Positions 1-10,633 of a DNA stretch of 33,621 bases are shown here, piece after piece. How positions within the stretch are numbered: the stretch's first letter is position 1; every line of letters begins with the position of its first letter. The position numbers and the translations under genes were made by a program. The notes below the pieces were generated by a model, which was given only the letters and a program-made list of their open reading frames with translations, searched no databases and had not been told where the DNA came from. Source of the stretch: Rhodanobacteraceae bacterium (GTDB lineage Bacteria; Pseudomonadota; Gammaproteobacteria; Xanthomonadales; Rhodanobacteraceae); assembly GCA_043752325.1 (NCBI GenBank), contig JAYUYW010000102.1, positions 1 through 33,621 of the forward strand. The letters are read 5' to 3'.

Positions 1-1400
1 CTGCCACCGGGTACGCCAATCACGCCAACGCGATCCTTGCCGTAGACAAAGCTCGGCGTCATCGATGACAACGGTCGTCGGCCGGGCATGGGTGCATTGG
101 CGTCGCCGCCGGGAAGCCCAAATGCATTTGGCACGCCGGCGACCAGGGCAAAGTCGTCCATCTCGTTGTTCATCACGAAGCCGGTGCCGGCCACGACAAA
201 ACCCGATCCCAGACCCAGGTTCACCGTCTGCGTCGTCGACACCATGTTGCCTTCGGCATCGATAATCGAATAGTGCGAGGTGTGCGGCCCCTGCGGCGGT
301 GACAGGAACGGCGGCAGGAGATCGCTTGGCGTTGCCTTGTCGGGATGTATCGTCGCGCGCAAGCCGGCTGCGTAGAGCGGGCTGGTCAGCATGTCGACGG
401 GCACGTCGACGAAATCGGGATCGCCCATGTACTGGGCGCGATCGCGATAGGCGCGGCGCATCGATTCGACGATCAGGTGAATGCGCTTGGTGCTGTCGAT
501 CTTCGAAAAATCATAGCCGCCGAGGATGTTCAGCATTTCAGCAATCGCGACACCGCCGGATGATGGTGGTGGCGATGTGACGATGCGATAGCCGCGATAA
601 TCGATGCGGATTGGCTGGCGCGTTTTGACCTCGTACTTTGCGAGATCGTCGAGCACCCAGTTGCCGCCGGCTGCACGCACGCCATCAACCATCCGCTTGG
701 CAAAGTCGCCGCGATAAAACGCGTCGTTACCATGCGCGGCAATGTTCTCCAGCAGCTTGGCGAGGTCGGGATTGCGGAACGTCCAACCGTCTTTCGGTAG
801 CTGGCCATTCGGCATGTAGAGGGCTTGGGATGCCGGATACCGAGCAAGCACTTTGCTTCGCCGCGTGATGGCCTCGGTGAAACGTCCGTCGGGTTTGAAG
901 CCCTTGCTGGCGAGGCGGATGGCCGGTGCCAGAGAAACCTTCAACGGCAGCTTTCCGTAGTGCTCGGCCAGCCAGACCAGCGCCGCGGGCTCGCCCGGAA
1001 TGGCGGCGGACAACGGCCCGTTGATCGACTTATCGCGATCCGCGCTGCCGTCCGCCTTCATATAGACCGACGTGTTCGCGGCAGCAGGCGCAGTCTCGCG
1101 CGCGTCGAGCATGATCTCCTCGCCATCGCTGGCGCGGTGCAGCAGGAAGAACCCGCCGCCACCGACGCCCGAACTCTGTGGTTCAACGACAGAAAGCGTC
1201 GATGACACGGCAATGGCGGCATCGAAGGCGTTGCCGCCTTTCGCAATCACTTCGAAGCCTGCATCAGTCGCAAAATGGCTCGCGGTGGCGATGGCTGCCT
1301 TGCCCGGACCGGCTGCAACAACCACCGTGCTGACCATGAAACCGGCGAGCAGCAGCAAACTGCCACGCAACATTTCGCGCGCATCGAACAACGTTTTCAT
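1..1400 (-). CDS. ggt: Gamma-glutamyltransferase, 3' end runs off the window
   Basis: Not in the ORF track; translated by hand from ATG at 1400: MKTLFDAREMLRGSLLLLAGFMVSTVVVA (signal-like), GGNAFDAAIAV, VVEPQSSGVGGGGF, the autoproteolytic site PHTSHYSIIDAEGNMVS (~245-290) and PGRRPLSSMTP. The N-terminal and Thr-site segments are in the same frame. The start overlaps the yfhL stop (ATGA). Confidence 0.95.
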   Translation of the reverse strand, partial: MKTLFDAREMLRGSLLLLAGFMVSTVVVAAGPGKAAIATASHFATDAGFEVIAKGGNAFDAAIAVSSTLSVVEPQSSGVGGGGFFLLHRASDGEEIMLDARETAPAAANTSVYMKADGSADRDKSINGPLSAAIPGEPAALVWLAEHYGKLPLKVSLAPAIRLASKGFKPDGRFTEAITRRSKVLARYPASQALYMPNGQLPKDGWTFRNPDLAKLLENIAAHGNDAFYRGDFAKRMVDGVRAAGGNWVLDDLAKYEVKTRQPIRIDYRGYRIVTSPPPSSGGVAIAEMLNILGGYDFSKIDSTKRIHLIVESMRRAYRDRAQYMGDPDFVDVPVDMLTSPLYAAGLRATIHPDKATPSDLLPPFLSPPQGPHTSHYSIIDAEGNMVSTTQTVNLGLGSGFVVAGTGFVMNNEMDDFALVAGVPNAFGLPGGDANAPMPGRRPLSSMTPSFVYGKDRVGVIGVPGG

Positions 1401-1654
1401 GCAGGTTCCAGCCCGGTCAGTACGGTGTAGCGATCACGTAATTGCTGGTCGGATTCGACGTGCACGGGATCGATGATGATGCATTCAACCGGGCAAACCT
1501 CGATGCATTGCGGCACATCGAAATGACCGATGCATTCGGTGCAACGGTCCGGGTCGATTTCGTAGAAATCCTCGCCCAGCGAGATCGCCTGGTTAGGGCA
1601 GGCCGGTTCGCAAACGTCGCAGTTGACGCAAGTGTCGAGGATTTTCAGTGCCAT
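1397..1654 (-). CDS. yfhL: YfhL-family 2x[4Fe-4S] ferredoxin
   Basis: MALKILDTCVNCDVCEPACPN...CTECIGHFDVPQCIEVCPVECI, including the insertion typical of Alvin-type ferredoxins. Confidence 0.93.
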   Translation of the reverse strand: MALKILDTCVNCDVCEPACPNQAISLGEDFYEIDPDRCTECIGHFDVPQCIEVCPVECIIIDPVHVESDQQLRDRYTVLTGLEPA

Positions 1655-1711
1655 TGAGTGGATATCGGAGCGACGCGACGGATTTCACACAGTCACGTCG
1701 CCAGACACGCC

Positions 1712-2233
1712 TTACTGCATGTCAGCCATGCGGATGATCGCGCCACTTGGCGCAAGGGCTTCGGACACGCGCGCCTTGTCTTCCGGCTTGGTAACGACCA
1801 GAACGACCACGTCCTTGAACGAATTGGCGGCGGCAACTTCGAACGACTTCACGACAAAGTCGGCCGTGGTCGCCGAATTCGGGCCGCCGAACGCCATCAT
1901 GTTGCCTGGCAGCACGCCGCGTCCGACCACGCCCTGCACGTTTTCCAACTGGTTGCCGCGATCGTCAATCGACTTGTCGTCCTCTCCGGCCGGCACGTAG
2001 TACATGTACGGGCGGTTCGACTTCACGCCTTGCATGTTCTTCATTACAACGTCGCCCAAGTACTTCTTCCAGCCGGCGCTGTCGTTAGGATCGGTCGGCA
2101 TCACTACGGCAGCAGCTGGCGCTTCGATAACCGGCGCTTCGGTGCTTACCGCGTCTTTCAACTTGTCGCAGGCGACCAGCGCAAGCGGGGCGACGACAAA
2201 AGTCAGGATCAACAGGAACTTGCTCGGTTGCAT
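1712..2233 (-). CDS. Hypothetical lipoprotein
   Basis: Hydrophobic signal ending in lipobox LVA-C, GGAGA RBS upstream, co-oriented between coaD and yfhL. Confidence 0.8.
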   Translation of the reverse strand: MQPSKFLLILTFVVAPLALVACDKLKDAVSTEAPVIEAPAAAVVMPTDPNDSAGWKKYLGDVVMKNMQGVKSNRPYMYYVPAGEDDKSIDDRGNQLENVQGVVGRGVLPGNMMAFGGPNSATTADFVVKSFEVAAANSFKDVVVLVVTKPEDKARVSEALAPSGAIIRMADMQ

Positions 2234-2259
2234 CGGTATTTCTCCCTACGGTTTGACGA

Positions 2260-2811
<552 letters not shown>

Positions 2812-3393
2812 TTAGCGCAAGCGCTGGTACAGGGCGTGGCGAACGTTGCCGCTGCGCGCATCGCGGTGCAGGCGCCAGTCAGCGGGAACCGCGGGTGCAG
2901 TATCGCCGGGCGATTCCAGATAAATCCACGCGCCCTCAGCGAGCGCGCTGCTGGCTTCCAGCTTTCGGGAAATTGTGGTCCAGGCATCGTTCGAAAAGGG
3001 TGGGTCGAGGAAGACCAGGTCGAACGAGCCTTGGAGATTGTTGAGGAAGGCCACCGCATCGCCCGTCATCACGTTGGCGTTTTCAATCTTCAAGCGGGTC
3101 AGCGTTGCCGCCAACATGGCAGCGGCGCGCGGGTCCCGCTCAACGAATGTGCAACTCGATGCGCCACGCGATACAGCCTCGATGCCGAGCGCGCCGGTTC
3201 CGGCATAGAGGTCCAGGCAGCGCATGCCCACGATGACGGGTGCCAGCCAGTTGAACAGCGTTTCGCGTACGCGATCAGGCGTCGGGCGCAGTCCCGGCGC
3301 ATCTACTACATCGATTTTGGAACCGCGCAGAATGCCCGCAACAATGCGGATGCGTTGCGTCGTGTTGCAGTTGCGGGCAGGGCGTTTCGGCAT
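2812..3393 (-). CDS. rsmD: 16S rRNA m2G966 methyltransferase
   Basis: RIVAG, LRPTPDRVRETLFNWL, DLYAGTGALGIEAVSRGA, FLDPPF; divergent from ftsY. Confidence 0.96.
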   Translation of the reverse strand: MPKRPARNCNTTQRIRIVAGILRGSKIDVVDAPGLRPTPDRVRETLFNWLAPVIVGMRCLDLYAGTGALGIEAVSRGASSCTFVERDPRAAAMLAATLTRLKIENANVMTGDAVAFLNNLQGSFDLVFLDPPFSNDAWTTISRKLEASSALAEGAWIYLESPGDTAPAVPADWRLHRDARSGNVRHALYQRLR

Positions 3394-3445
3394 GAATGGA
3401 ACTCTATCCGAAAGGCGTGCGGAGCACGGGGAAACGCGGTCGTAG

Positions 3446-3454
3446 TGATAAGAT
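3446..3454 (+). promoter_or_regulatory. Putative extended -10 element for the ftsY operon
   Basis: TGaTAAGAT, 35 nt upstream of the ftsY ATG. Confidence 0.4.
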
Positions 3455-3488
3455 TGCAGCCCGCATTTTGGTCGTAAATTGATCGCGA

Positions 3489-4688
3489 ATGTTCAAGTTC
3501 TGGAAGAAAACGCTGAGTGGCGAAATGCCCGGCGACGAGGTGCTAGTCGACGGTGGCGCGGTTGAGGTCGGCGAGATCGACAGCGCTATCTTGACAGCTG
3601 ACGCTGCCGGTCCGATGGACGAAATAGCGACGCTGGTTGCCGAAGTGCAAGTGATTGCGGCGGAGCGCGAAACTGACGCACGGCAAGCAAGCGATGCGGA
3701 AGAATCCGAGCATCGCGCTGCTGTCGATGCGCTTTCCGACCCCACGCCTGTCGCGGGGGACGCCAGCGTGCGCCGCAGTTGGCGCGAGCGTCTCGGCGGC
3801 AATTCGTTCTCGCGAGGGTTGGGGTCGCTGTTCGCGCGCAATCCAATTCTGGACGACGACTTGCTCGACGAACTCGAAACGCTGTTGATCACTGCCGACG
3901 TTGGTGTTGCCGCGTCTACCGAACTCGTCGAACGCCTGCGAAAGCGCGTGGCTGGTCGCGATTTCGCCGACGCAGATGCGCTGCTGGCCGCTCTGCGCGC
4001 GGACTTGCTGGCACTGCTGCAACCGGTCGAACAGCCGTTGAAGATTGTCGGTGCTAAACCTTTCGTGATCCTAGTCGTTGGCGTGAATGGCGCGGGAAAA
4101 ACAACCACGATCGGCAAGCTGGCGCGGCATCAAAAGGCAGCCGGAAAATCGGTGGTACTTGCGGCCGGTGACACTTTTCGCGCCGCCGCCGTCCAACAGC
4201 TGACGACCTGGGGCGAGCGCAACGAGATACCGGTCATTGCTCAAGGCTCCGGCGCAGATTCGGCCAGCGTGATCTACGACGCATTGCAAACCGCCGGTTC
4301 GCGTGGCGCTGATTTGTTGATTGCGGACACTGCCGGCCGATTGCACACGCAGACCGGATTGATGGACGAACTTTCAAAAATTCGCCGCGTGCTCGCGCGC
4401 TTTGATGCGACTGCGCCGCATGAGGTCTTGCTGGTCATCGACGGTACCACCGGCCAGAACGCCGTCAACCAGACGCGTCAGTTCCGACAGGCGATTGGCG
4501 TTACCGGACTTGTCGTCACCAAGCTCGATGGCACGGCAAAGGGCGGCGTTGTCTTCGCGTTGGCACGCGAGTTTGGCTTGCCGATCCGTTACGTCGGCAT
4601 GGGTGAGAAGATCGAAGACCTGCGCGTGTTCGAAGCCGCCGCGTTCGTCGACGGACTATTGCCTTCATCACTCGCGAAAGCTGGCTGA
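3489..4688 (+). CDS. ftsY: SRP receptor FtsY
   Basis: GVNGAGKTTTIGKLA, GDTFRAAA, DTAGRLHT, TKLDGTAKGG; short acidic N-terminal region. Confidence 0.97.
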   Translation: MFKFWKKTLSGEMPGDEVLVDGGAVEVGEIDSAILTADAAGPMDEIATLVAEVQVIAAERETDARQASDAEESEHRAAVDALSDPTPVAGDASVRRSWRERLGGNSFSRGLGSLFARNPILDDDLLDELETLLITADVGVAASTELVERLRKRVAGRDFADADALLAALRADLLALLQPVEQPLKIVGAKPFVILVVGVNGAGKTTTIGKLARHQKAAGKSVVLAAGDTFRAAAVQQLTTWGERNEIPVIAQGSGADSASVIYDALQTAGSRGADLLIADTAGRLHTQTGLMDELSKIRRVLARFDATAPHEVLLVIDGTTGQNAVNQTRQFRQAIGVTGLVVTKLDGTAKGGVVFALAREFGLPIRYVGMGEKIEDLRVFEAAAFVDGLLPSSLAKAG

Positions 4689-4693
4689 CGGGG

Positions 4694-5362
4694 ATGGCGT
4701 GGCGGACGCGAACGCGCGTCATCCTGTTTGTGCTGTTTGCCTTGCTCGCAGCCATCGCGTTCGCCATCTATCGCTACAGCCAACCACATCGGCTGAGCGC
4801 ATTGCTGGTCGATCAGTTGCAGTCGCGCTACGGCTTGCAACTGACGATGCCGAATGCGGCGAGTATCGACTTCTCGCCGGGCGTGTCGGTCAAACTCGAC
4901 CACCCCGTGCTGACTGCTGCGGCTGGCACGACGCCATTGCTTACAGCGCAGGGTGTCGATATCGCATTGCCCTGGTCGACACTGTTCGGCGACGAGCCAG
5001 TGATTGATCGGATTGCATTGCAGCAACCGCGAATCGACATTGATGCAATTCAAGGGTGGCTCGCTACACAGACCAGCGATGGTGGGCGAACCGTAGTTCC
5101 AGCGTTCGACCTGAGTCTGCAGGACGGGACCGTGATTCGTGGCGGCCAGACGCTGGCGACGGGAGTGAACGCGAGCCTGCAAGGTTCCGCGCGACTTGGC
5201 GCATGGATTGACGAGTGGGCAAGTGGCGGCGGCCCCGCGTCGCCAATTCCACCACTCAACGGAACGCTGGATGCCACCCGTATCACCGTTGCTGAGACAA
5301 CGCTCGACGGTGTGCAATTGCGGATTGGCGACGACGCGCCCAAAGCGCCGCAACAAAAGTGA
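4694..5362 (+). CDS. Short AsmA-family-like membrane-anchored protein
   Basis: N-terminal TM helix, then an AsmA_N-like beta pattern (PLLTAQGVDIALPWSTLFGDEPVIDRIALQQPRIDI). The stop overlaps the mutY GTG. Confidence 0.65.
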   Translation: MAWRTRTRVILFVLFALLAAIAFAIYRYSQPHRLSALLVDQLQSRYGLQLTMPNAASIDFSPGVSVKLDHPVLTAAAGTTPLLTAQGVDIALPWSTLFGDEPVIDRIALQQPRIDIDAIQGWLATQTSDGGRTVVPAFDLSLQDGTVIRGGQTLATGVNASLQGSARLGAWIDEWASGGGPASPIPPLNGTLDATRITVAETTLDGVQLRIGDDAPKAPQQK

Positions 5363-6420
5363 AGCCGTATTCCGAGCGCCTGCTGGCATGGTTCGATGTG
5401 CATGGCCGGCACAACTTGCCGTGGCAGCATCCGCGCGATCCGTATCGGGTCTGGGTCAGCGAAGTGATGCTGCAACAGACCCAAGTACGCACCGTGATCG
5501 ACTATTTCCAGCGCTTCGTATTGGAACTGCCGGATATCGCATCGCTTGGTGCGGCCAGCGAAGATCGCGTGTTTGGTTTGTGGTCGGGACTGGGCTATTA
5601 CAGTCGCGCTCGCAACTTGCATCGGTCCGCGCAGATCGTCTTGGACGAGTATGCAGGTGAATTGCCGACGCATTTCGAAACCTTGCAAACTCTGCCAGGC
5701 ATTGGCCGATCAACCGCGGCGGCGATCCTCGCCCAGGCGCACGGCCAGCGCCACGCGATCCTTGATGGCAACGTCAAGCGCGTCTTGGCCCGACACCGTG
5801 GCATCGAAGGCTGGCCGGGAGATGGCAAGGTACAAGCCATGTTGTGGCATGAAGCCCAACGTTTCACGCCGGATGATCGGATCGCCGATTACACGCAAGC
5901 AATCATGGATATCGGAGCGACGATCTGCATTCGATCGCGACCACGCTGCGCTGATTGCCCGGTGGCTGCGGATTGCGTTGCACGACTGGAAAATCGAACC
6001 GCAGAATTACCGCAACGCAAACCTCCGCGCGTGATTCCGACACGGGCTACGACTATGTTGTTGCTACGCAATGCAGACGGTTGCGTAATGCTGCAAAAAC
6101 GTCCGCCGACGGGTGTGTGGTCCGGGCTTTGGAGCCTGCCGGAATTCGACGATCGCAACGCAGCCGCCAAGGCGTTGGACGACTTTGGTGCAACGCACTA
6201 CAAGGAACTCGATGCGTTCACCCACACCTTCAGCCACTTCCGACTGGATATCTCGCCGCTGTTGGTCGATGTCGCAGGAACAAGCCGCGCGGTCGCCGAC
6301 GCGCCCGATCTGGAGTGGTACGGTAGCGAGCAGTGGTCAGTGCTTGGCCTTCCAGCACCGGTCCGTCGATTGCTTCAATCTTTGGATATGCATCAACCAG
6401 GAACCCGCGATGTCCCGTAA
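5359..6420 (+). CDS. mutY: A/G-specific adenine glycosylase
   Basis: [30 protein letters not shown], Hh[17 protein letters not shown], Fe-S cysteines C-x6-C-x2-C-x5-C, C-terminal NUDIX-like domain. Confidence 0.97.
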   Translation: MKPYSERLLAWFDVHGRHNLPWQHPRDPYRVWVSEVMLQQTQVRTVIDYFQRFVLELPDIASLGAASEDRVFGLWSGLGYYSRARNLHRSAQIVLDEYAGELPTHFETLQTLPGIGRSTAAAILAQAHGQRHAILDGNVKRVLARHRGIEGWPGDGKVQAMLWHEAQRFTPDDRIADYTQAIMDIGATICIRSRPRCADCPVAADCVARLENRTAELPQRKPPRVIPTRATTMLLLRNADGCVMLQKRPPTGVWSGLWSLPEFDDRNAAAKALDDFGATHYKELDAFTHTFSHFRLDISPLLVDVAGTSRAVADAPDLEWYGSEQWSVLGLPAPVRRLLQSLDMHQPGTRDVP

Positions 6421-6685
6421 CCTCAATTGCGTCAAGCTCGGTCGTGAAGCAGAGGGCCTTGAGTTCGCCCCTTGGCCGGGTGATCTGGGTCGTCGCATTT
6501 TCGACAACGTGTCGAAAGAAGCCTGGACCGAATGGCTCGCGCACCAAACCATGCTTATCAACGAAAACCGCCTCAACCCACTCGACAAGACCACGCGCAC
6601 ATTCCTCGCGGCGGAGATGGAAAAATATTTCTTCGGAGAAGGCGCGGAGAAACCTGCCGGTTACGTTGCGCCTGACGTCAACTGA
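6410..6685 (+). CDS. yggX: Fe(II)-trafficking / oxidative damage protection protein
   Basis: [17 protein letters not shown]...[21 protein letters not shown]; true start taken as ATG 6410 inside the longer called ORF; classic mutY-yggX pairing. Confidence 0.95.
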   Translation: MSRNLNCVKLGREAEGLEFAPWPGDLGRRIFDNVSKEAWTEWLAHQTMLINENRLNPLDKTTRTFLAAEMEKYFFGEGAEKPAGYVAPDVN

Positions 6686-6688
6686 TCG

Positions 6689-7066
6689 CTACAAAACAAC
6701 CTTGGCAAGTGGTTGAATCTCCGTGATCTGGCAGCGACGACCTTTTTCGACCAGCACATAGTCGAAGCGGACGCGGACCTGGCGTGCCGATGACGTCAAA
6801 GCAATCGAATTGGTCCACGGCAATTCGACGCAGGGATTTTCCACAGTCAACAGATAAGCCTCGTTGACGCGTACCCAGACGACGACGCGGTTGTCGCTGA
6901 CCAACTCCCACTTCTGCAAATTGTAGAACGTGAACTTGTCGACCGGAGCGCCTGCGCCGTCGAGATACTTCGCAAGACTGCGTTCCTGCGCTTGGCGCGT
7001 TTGCGCGAACGTCGGTGATGCGAGCAGAGCCAAGGCAACGGCAATGATTGCGGCGTACCTGGACAT
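6689..7066 (-). CDS. Small secreted protein, DUF6491-like
   Basis: Signal peptide MSRYAAIIAVALALLASPTFA, AAAGGAG RBS before ATG 7066, two cysteines (PCVEL...RCQITEI). Family name is from memory. Confidence 0.65.
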   Translation of the reverse strand: MSRYAAIIAVALALLASPTFAQTRQAQERSLAKYLDGAGAPVDKFTFYNLQKWELVSDNRVVVWVRVNEAYLLTVENPCVELPWTNSIALTSSARQVRVRFDYVLVEKGRRCQITEIQPLAKVVL

Positions 7067-7185
7067 CGAATGCTCCTTTCGTTGGATTGCGCAATGGACG
7101 AGTGGGCGCATCGCAACGTCGCACGGCGCGACATTGGTAGTGACGCGGGCTAGCATGGCGTTCACCCCACGATACCGGAACCGCG

Positions 7186-7941
7186 ATGCTCGAACTCATC
7201 CGCCACGACGCCATCCATGAATTGCGCCTCGCCAATCCGCCCGTCAACGCGCTGAACCCCGAGTTGCTGCATACCTTGCATGCGGCGATCAAGGCGGCGC
7301 CAGACGATGGCGCGCGCGGACTGATCCTGTCTGGTCGAGCCGGCATGTTTTCGGCGGGCCTGGATGTTCCGAGCCTGCTAAAGCTCGATCGCGCGCCGCT
7401 TGCCGAAGCCTGGCGTGACCTGTTCGGCATCTGCGGCGCGCTGGCTACTTCGCCGATTCCCTCCGTTGCTGCATTGACTGGCCACAGCCCAGCCGGCGGC
7501 GCAGTGATGGCGCTTTTTTGCGACTACCGCATCATGGCGCGTGGCGAGTTCAAGATTGGCCTCAACGAAGTGCAGGTCGGCCTGGCCGTGCCCGACGCGA
7601 TCCAGTTTGCGCTGCGTCGGCTGGTTGGTCCGCATCGCGCCGAGCGCTTGCTGGTGGCAGGGACCATGCTGGAATCGGAAGCCGCGCATCAAATCGGGTT
7701 TGTCGATGAGCTGGCCGATGTCGATGATGTGGTGGCGCGCGCCTTGCTATGGCTGGGCCAGTTGTTGAAGTGCCCTGCCAAGGCGCAAGCCGAGACGCGG
7801 CGACTTGCGCGTGCCGATCTCGCGGCGGTTTTTGCCGACCCGGCGACACTGCCAATCGAGAGCTTCCTGGACGGCTGGTTCGATCCGGAAGCGCAGCAAG
7901 TGCTGCAGGCGCTGGTAGCGAAGCTGAAGGCAAAGCATTAA
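7186..7941 (+). CDS. Enoyl-CoA hydratase/isomerase family (delta-isomerase-like)
   Basis: PPVNAL, FSAGLD, GHSPAGG, IGLNEVQVGL crotonase motifs. Confidence 0.92.
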   Translation: MLELIRHDAIHELRLANPPVNALNPELLHTLHAAIKAAPDDGARGLILSGRAGMFSAGLDVPSLLKLDRAPLAEAWRDLFGICGALATSPIPSVAALTGHSPAGGAVMALFCDYRIMARGEFKIGLNEVQVGLAVPDAIQFALRRLVGPHRAERLLVAGTMLESEAAHQIGFVDELADVDDVVARALLWLGQLLKCPAKAQAETRRLARADLAAVFADPATLPIESFLDGWFDPEAQQVLQALVAKLKAKH

Positions 7942-7984
7942 CGGTTGCTGCGGATCGCAGGTCGGTGTTTAGACGGATTTACCG

Positions 7985-8839
7985 CTAGTCACCTTTCGCG
8001 ACCGGACGATCGGGGTCGCTGGTCCAGCCGCTCCACGATGGCGCATAGAGGCGCGAACCGTGAATCCCCGCGCGTTCCATCGCCAGCAGGCTGTGGCAGG
8101 CGGTGACACCCGAGCCACACATGTGGACGACGTCGCGCGCGTCACGCCCATCGATGATCGCCAGCCATTCAACGCGCAACTGTGATGAATTCTTGAACAA
8201 GCCATCGTGGGACAAATTCGCCGAGAATGGCCGGTTGAGTGCACCGGGTACGTGACCTGCAACCTTGTCGATCGGTTCGACTTCACCACGGTATCTCGGC
8301 TCTGCTCGTGCATCGATCAACAACATTGATCGATCTGCCAAGCCAATTTTCAGACTCTTCGAATCAACGAGCTGATCGCTTGACCACGCCCGCTGCTGCG
8401 GCTCGCTGGCGACGACGCTTCGCACAGTGCTTTGCAGCTTGCCACCGACCCGCGTCCAAGCTGCCAGACCGCCATTAAGCACTTGTGCTTCGCCATGGCC
8501 AACCAGGGCCAGCATCCACCACAGGCGCGCCGCAGCGAGCGCACCGCCGGCGTCGTCGTACGCGACGACTTGTGTCTCTGGCGTCCACCCGATGCTGGCC
8601 AGCCAGCGCATGAAGTCAGCGGCGTCGGGAAGGGGATGACGACCCTCGCCCTGCTTGTCGAGATCCGAGAGATCGGAATCGAGATTGGCATGAACGGCGC
8701 CTGGAATATGTCCTTCCCGCCACGCGCGTTTGCCGGCGTGGGAATCGGCCAGTTGATGGCGGCAGTCGACGACGATCACATCGTCGCGATCGACAACTGC
8801 TGCAAGCTCGGCGGCTGAGATCAACGGATCGCTGTTCAT
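7985..8839 (-). CDS. sseA: 3-mercaptopyruvate/thiosulfate sulfurtransferase (tandem rhodanese)
   Basis: GHIPGA, GRHPLP, ARLWW, active-site loop CGSGVTA, YAPSWSGW. Confidence 0.92.
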   Translation of the reverse strand: MNSDPLISAAELAAVVDRDDVIVVDCRHQLADSHAGKRAWREGHIPGAVHANLDSDLSDLDKQGEGRHPLPDAADFMRWLASIGWTPETQVVAYDDAGGALAAARLWWMLALVGHGEAQVLNGGLAAWTRVGGKLQSTVRSVVASEPQQRAWSSDQLVDSKSLKIGLADRSMLLIDARAEPRYRGEVEPIDKVAGHVPGALNRPFSANLSHDGLFKNSSQLRVEWLAIIDGRDARDVVHMCGSGVTACHSLLAMERAGIHGSRLYAPSWSGWTSDPDRPVAKGD

Positions 8840-9450
8840 TGGCTTGCTTCCAGACGGTCGATCAGATTACGCAAAATTGTTGCAGTCGCGCCCCAGACGC
8901 GGCGACTGTCAAAGTAAAATTCGTCAACCTGCCGCATCTGTCCGCGCCACTCGATCGGCACTGACTGCATCCGCCCTGGATGCAGGATGTAGTCGAGCGG
9001 CACTTCGAATACTTCAGCGACTTCACCGGGTTCGGGGCGGATCACGAAGCCTTCGGTGACGACGGCAACAACCGGCGTGATCGAGAATGCCGAGATTGTG
9101 TCGAGTCGGTCGAGGTAGCCGATCGGCTGGACGAACGACGGCTCGATTCCGGTTTCTTCCCAGGTTTCGCGCAATGCCGCGTTGATGGCATCGCCATCAT
9201 CGAGGTCGATTGCGCCGCCGGGAAAACTGATCTGCCCAGCGTGTTGCCGTAAGCCTTCCGTACGACGCGTCAGCAGCAAGCTGAGCAAATTCGCTCGCAT
9301 TACGATCGGAACCAGCACTGCAGCGGGGCGCAAGTTTTCCGGGATCAGGTCGGCAAACTGAATCGCCGGTTGGCAGAGTTCGATCGGAACATCGGTCAAC
9401 GGGCGGATCGCCGCGCGGATGCGTGCGATGGCGGAATCTGTGGTGCTCAC
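8836..9450 (-). CDS. nudL: CoA pyrophosphatase (Nudix, NudL/PCD1 family)
   Basis: AAVLVP, LLTRRTEGLRQHAGQISFPGG, ALRETWEETG, VWGATA. Start placed at the GTG overlapping the upstream stop (GTGA). Confidence 0.88.
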   Translation of the reverse strand: MSTTDSAIARIRAAIRPLTDVPIELCQPAIQFADLIPENLRPAAVLVPIVMRANLLSLLLTRRTEGLRQHAGQISFPGGAIDLDDGDAINAALRETWEETGIEPSFVQPIGYLDRLDTISAFSITPVVAVVTEGFVIRPEPGEVAEVFEVPLDYILHPGRMQSVPIEWRGQMRQVDEFYFDSRRVWGATATILRNLIDRLEASQ

Positions 9451-9644
9451 GACTGCTTTCGTAGGGCGCGCGACGGCAAGACCACGTCCATGTAGTGACG
9501 CCGTTCGGCATCGCTCATGTCGCGCCATCGCATGATTTCATCGCCGCTGCGCGCGCAGCCAATGCAGAGCTGCGTGCGCGCGTCCATTGTGCAAACCTTC
9601 GTGCACGGGCTTTGAATGGCGACGCTGTGAAAATCGAAATCCAT
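9447..9644 (-). CDS. DUF1289 Cys-rich small protein
   Basis: SPCTKVCTMD...LCIGCARSGDEIMRW pattern. Confidence 0.85.
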   Translation of the reverse strand: MDFDFHSVAIQSPCTKVCTMDARTQLCIGCARSGDEIMRWRDMSDAERRHYMDVVLPSRALRKQS

Positions 9645-9684
9645 GTGCCGTAGTGACTTCCTAAAAATGCGACTACCTGTCATG

Positions 9685-9712
9685 AAAAAAAACGCCGCGC
9701 AGTGCGCGGCGT
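9685..9712 (-). terminator. Rho-independent terminator of the FKBP gene
   Basis: ACGCCGCGC-AGT-GCGCGGCGT hairpin with an A8 tract on + (U8 on -). Confidence 0.85.
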
Positions 9713-9780
9713 CCGGATGATTCCGCCAGACCGCGAACGATCCGACGTGGGCTCGGGCAATGGCCGAAGCCTGGATCGAC

Positions 9781-10461
9781 TTACTTGCTGTCGATCACTT
9801 TGATCTCGAAAATCAGCGCCTCGTTCGGGCCGATACGCGGCGGGTTGCCACGTTCGCCGTAGGCCATTTCCGGTGGCACGAAGATCTGCCAATGGTCACC
9901 AACCTTCATACGCGGCAGCGCCTCGGCCCACCCCTTTATGACTTCGTTGACCTTGAACTTGACCGGCTCGCCGCGAGCGAACGAACTGTCGAACTCAAGG
10001 CCGCTGGCGAGCGAGCCGCGGTAATGCACGGTGACTTCGCTGGTCGCGGTGACCTGCTTGCCGCTGCCTTCCTCAATGACGCGGTACTGCACGCCGGACG
10101 GGAGCGCAATGATGCCTTTCTTCGACTTGTTCTCGGTCAGGAACTTGGTGCTTGCGGCCCTGTTGGTGCCGGAGATCTTGTCGAACTCGGCCTTGGCCTC
10201 GGTCGCGATCTTGGTCTGGAACTTGCTCAACGTTGCTCCCATCTGCGCTTCCGGCACGGCCGGGTTGCGCTTGGCATTTCCATCCTGGATGGCCTTCACG
10301 ACGGTGTTGATGTCTACGTCGATCTTGCGCTCGGCAAAATCACGGCCTATCTGGTAACCGATCGAATAGGAGAGGCGCCCCTTTTCCGAGGTCGTCTCCT
10401 GGGCGAGGGCGGTGCCCGCGACCATCAAGCCCGCAAGCGCGAGCGAACCAGCAAACTTCAT
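9781..10461 (-). CDS. FKBP-type peptidyl-prolyl isomerase (Mip/FkpA-like, exported)
   Basis: Signal peptide, LSYSIG, SGVQYRVI, VHYRGSL, EFDSSFARG, VIKGWAEAL, MAYGERG; GGAG 6 nt before ATG 10461. Confidence 0.94.
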   Translation of the reverse strand: MKFAGSLALAGLMVAGTALAQETTSEKGRLSYSIGYQIGRDFAERKIDVDINTVVKAIQDGNAKRNPAVPEAQMGATLSKFQTKIATEAKAEFDKISGTNRAASTKFLTENKSKKGIIALPSGVQYRVIEEGSGKQVTATSEVTVHYRGSLASGLEFDSSFARGEPVKFKVNEVIKGWAEALPRMKVGDHWQIFVPPEMAYGERGNPPRIGPNEALIFEIKVIDSK

Positions 10462-10633
10462 GCGTATCTCCATGGGGAGGGACCCCGGTGACGTTCGAAA
10501 GTGGAACCGATAGCCACAATCGGCGACCGGGTTAAACGGCGTAGTCTACCTCAGAGCCTGCGCGGGCTGAAAAGTTCGCGGCAATACGCCCTTGTTATGA
10601 TCGCGTTTTCCGCCATCCACACGGAGTTGAGAA

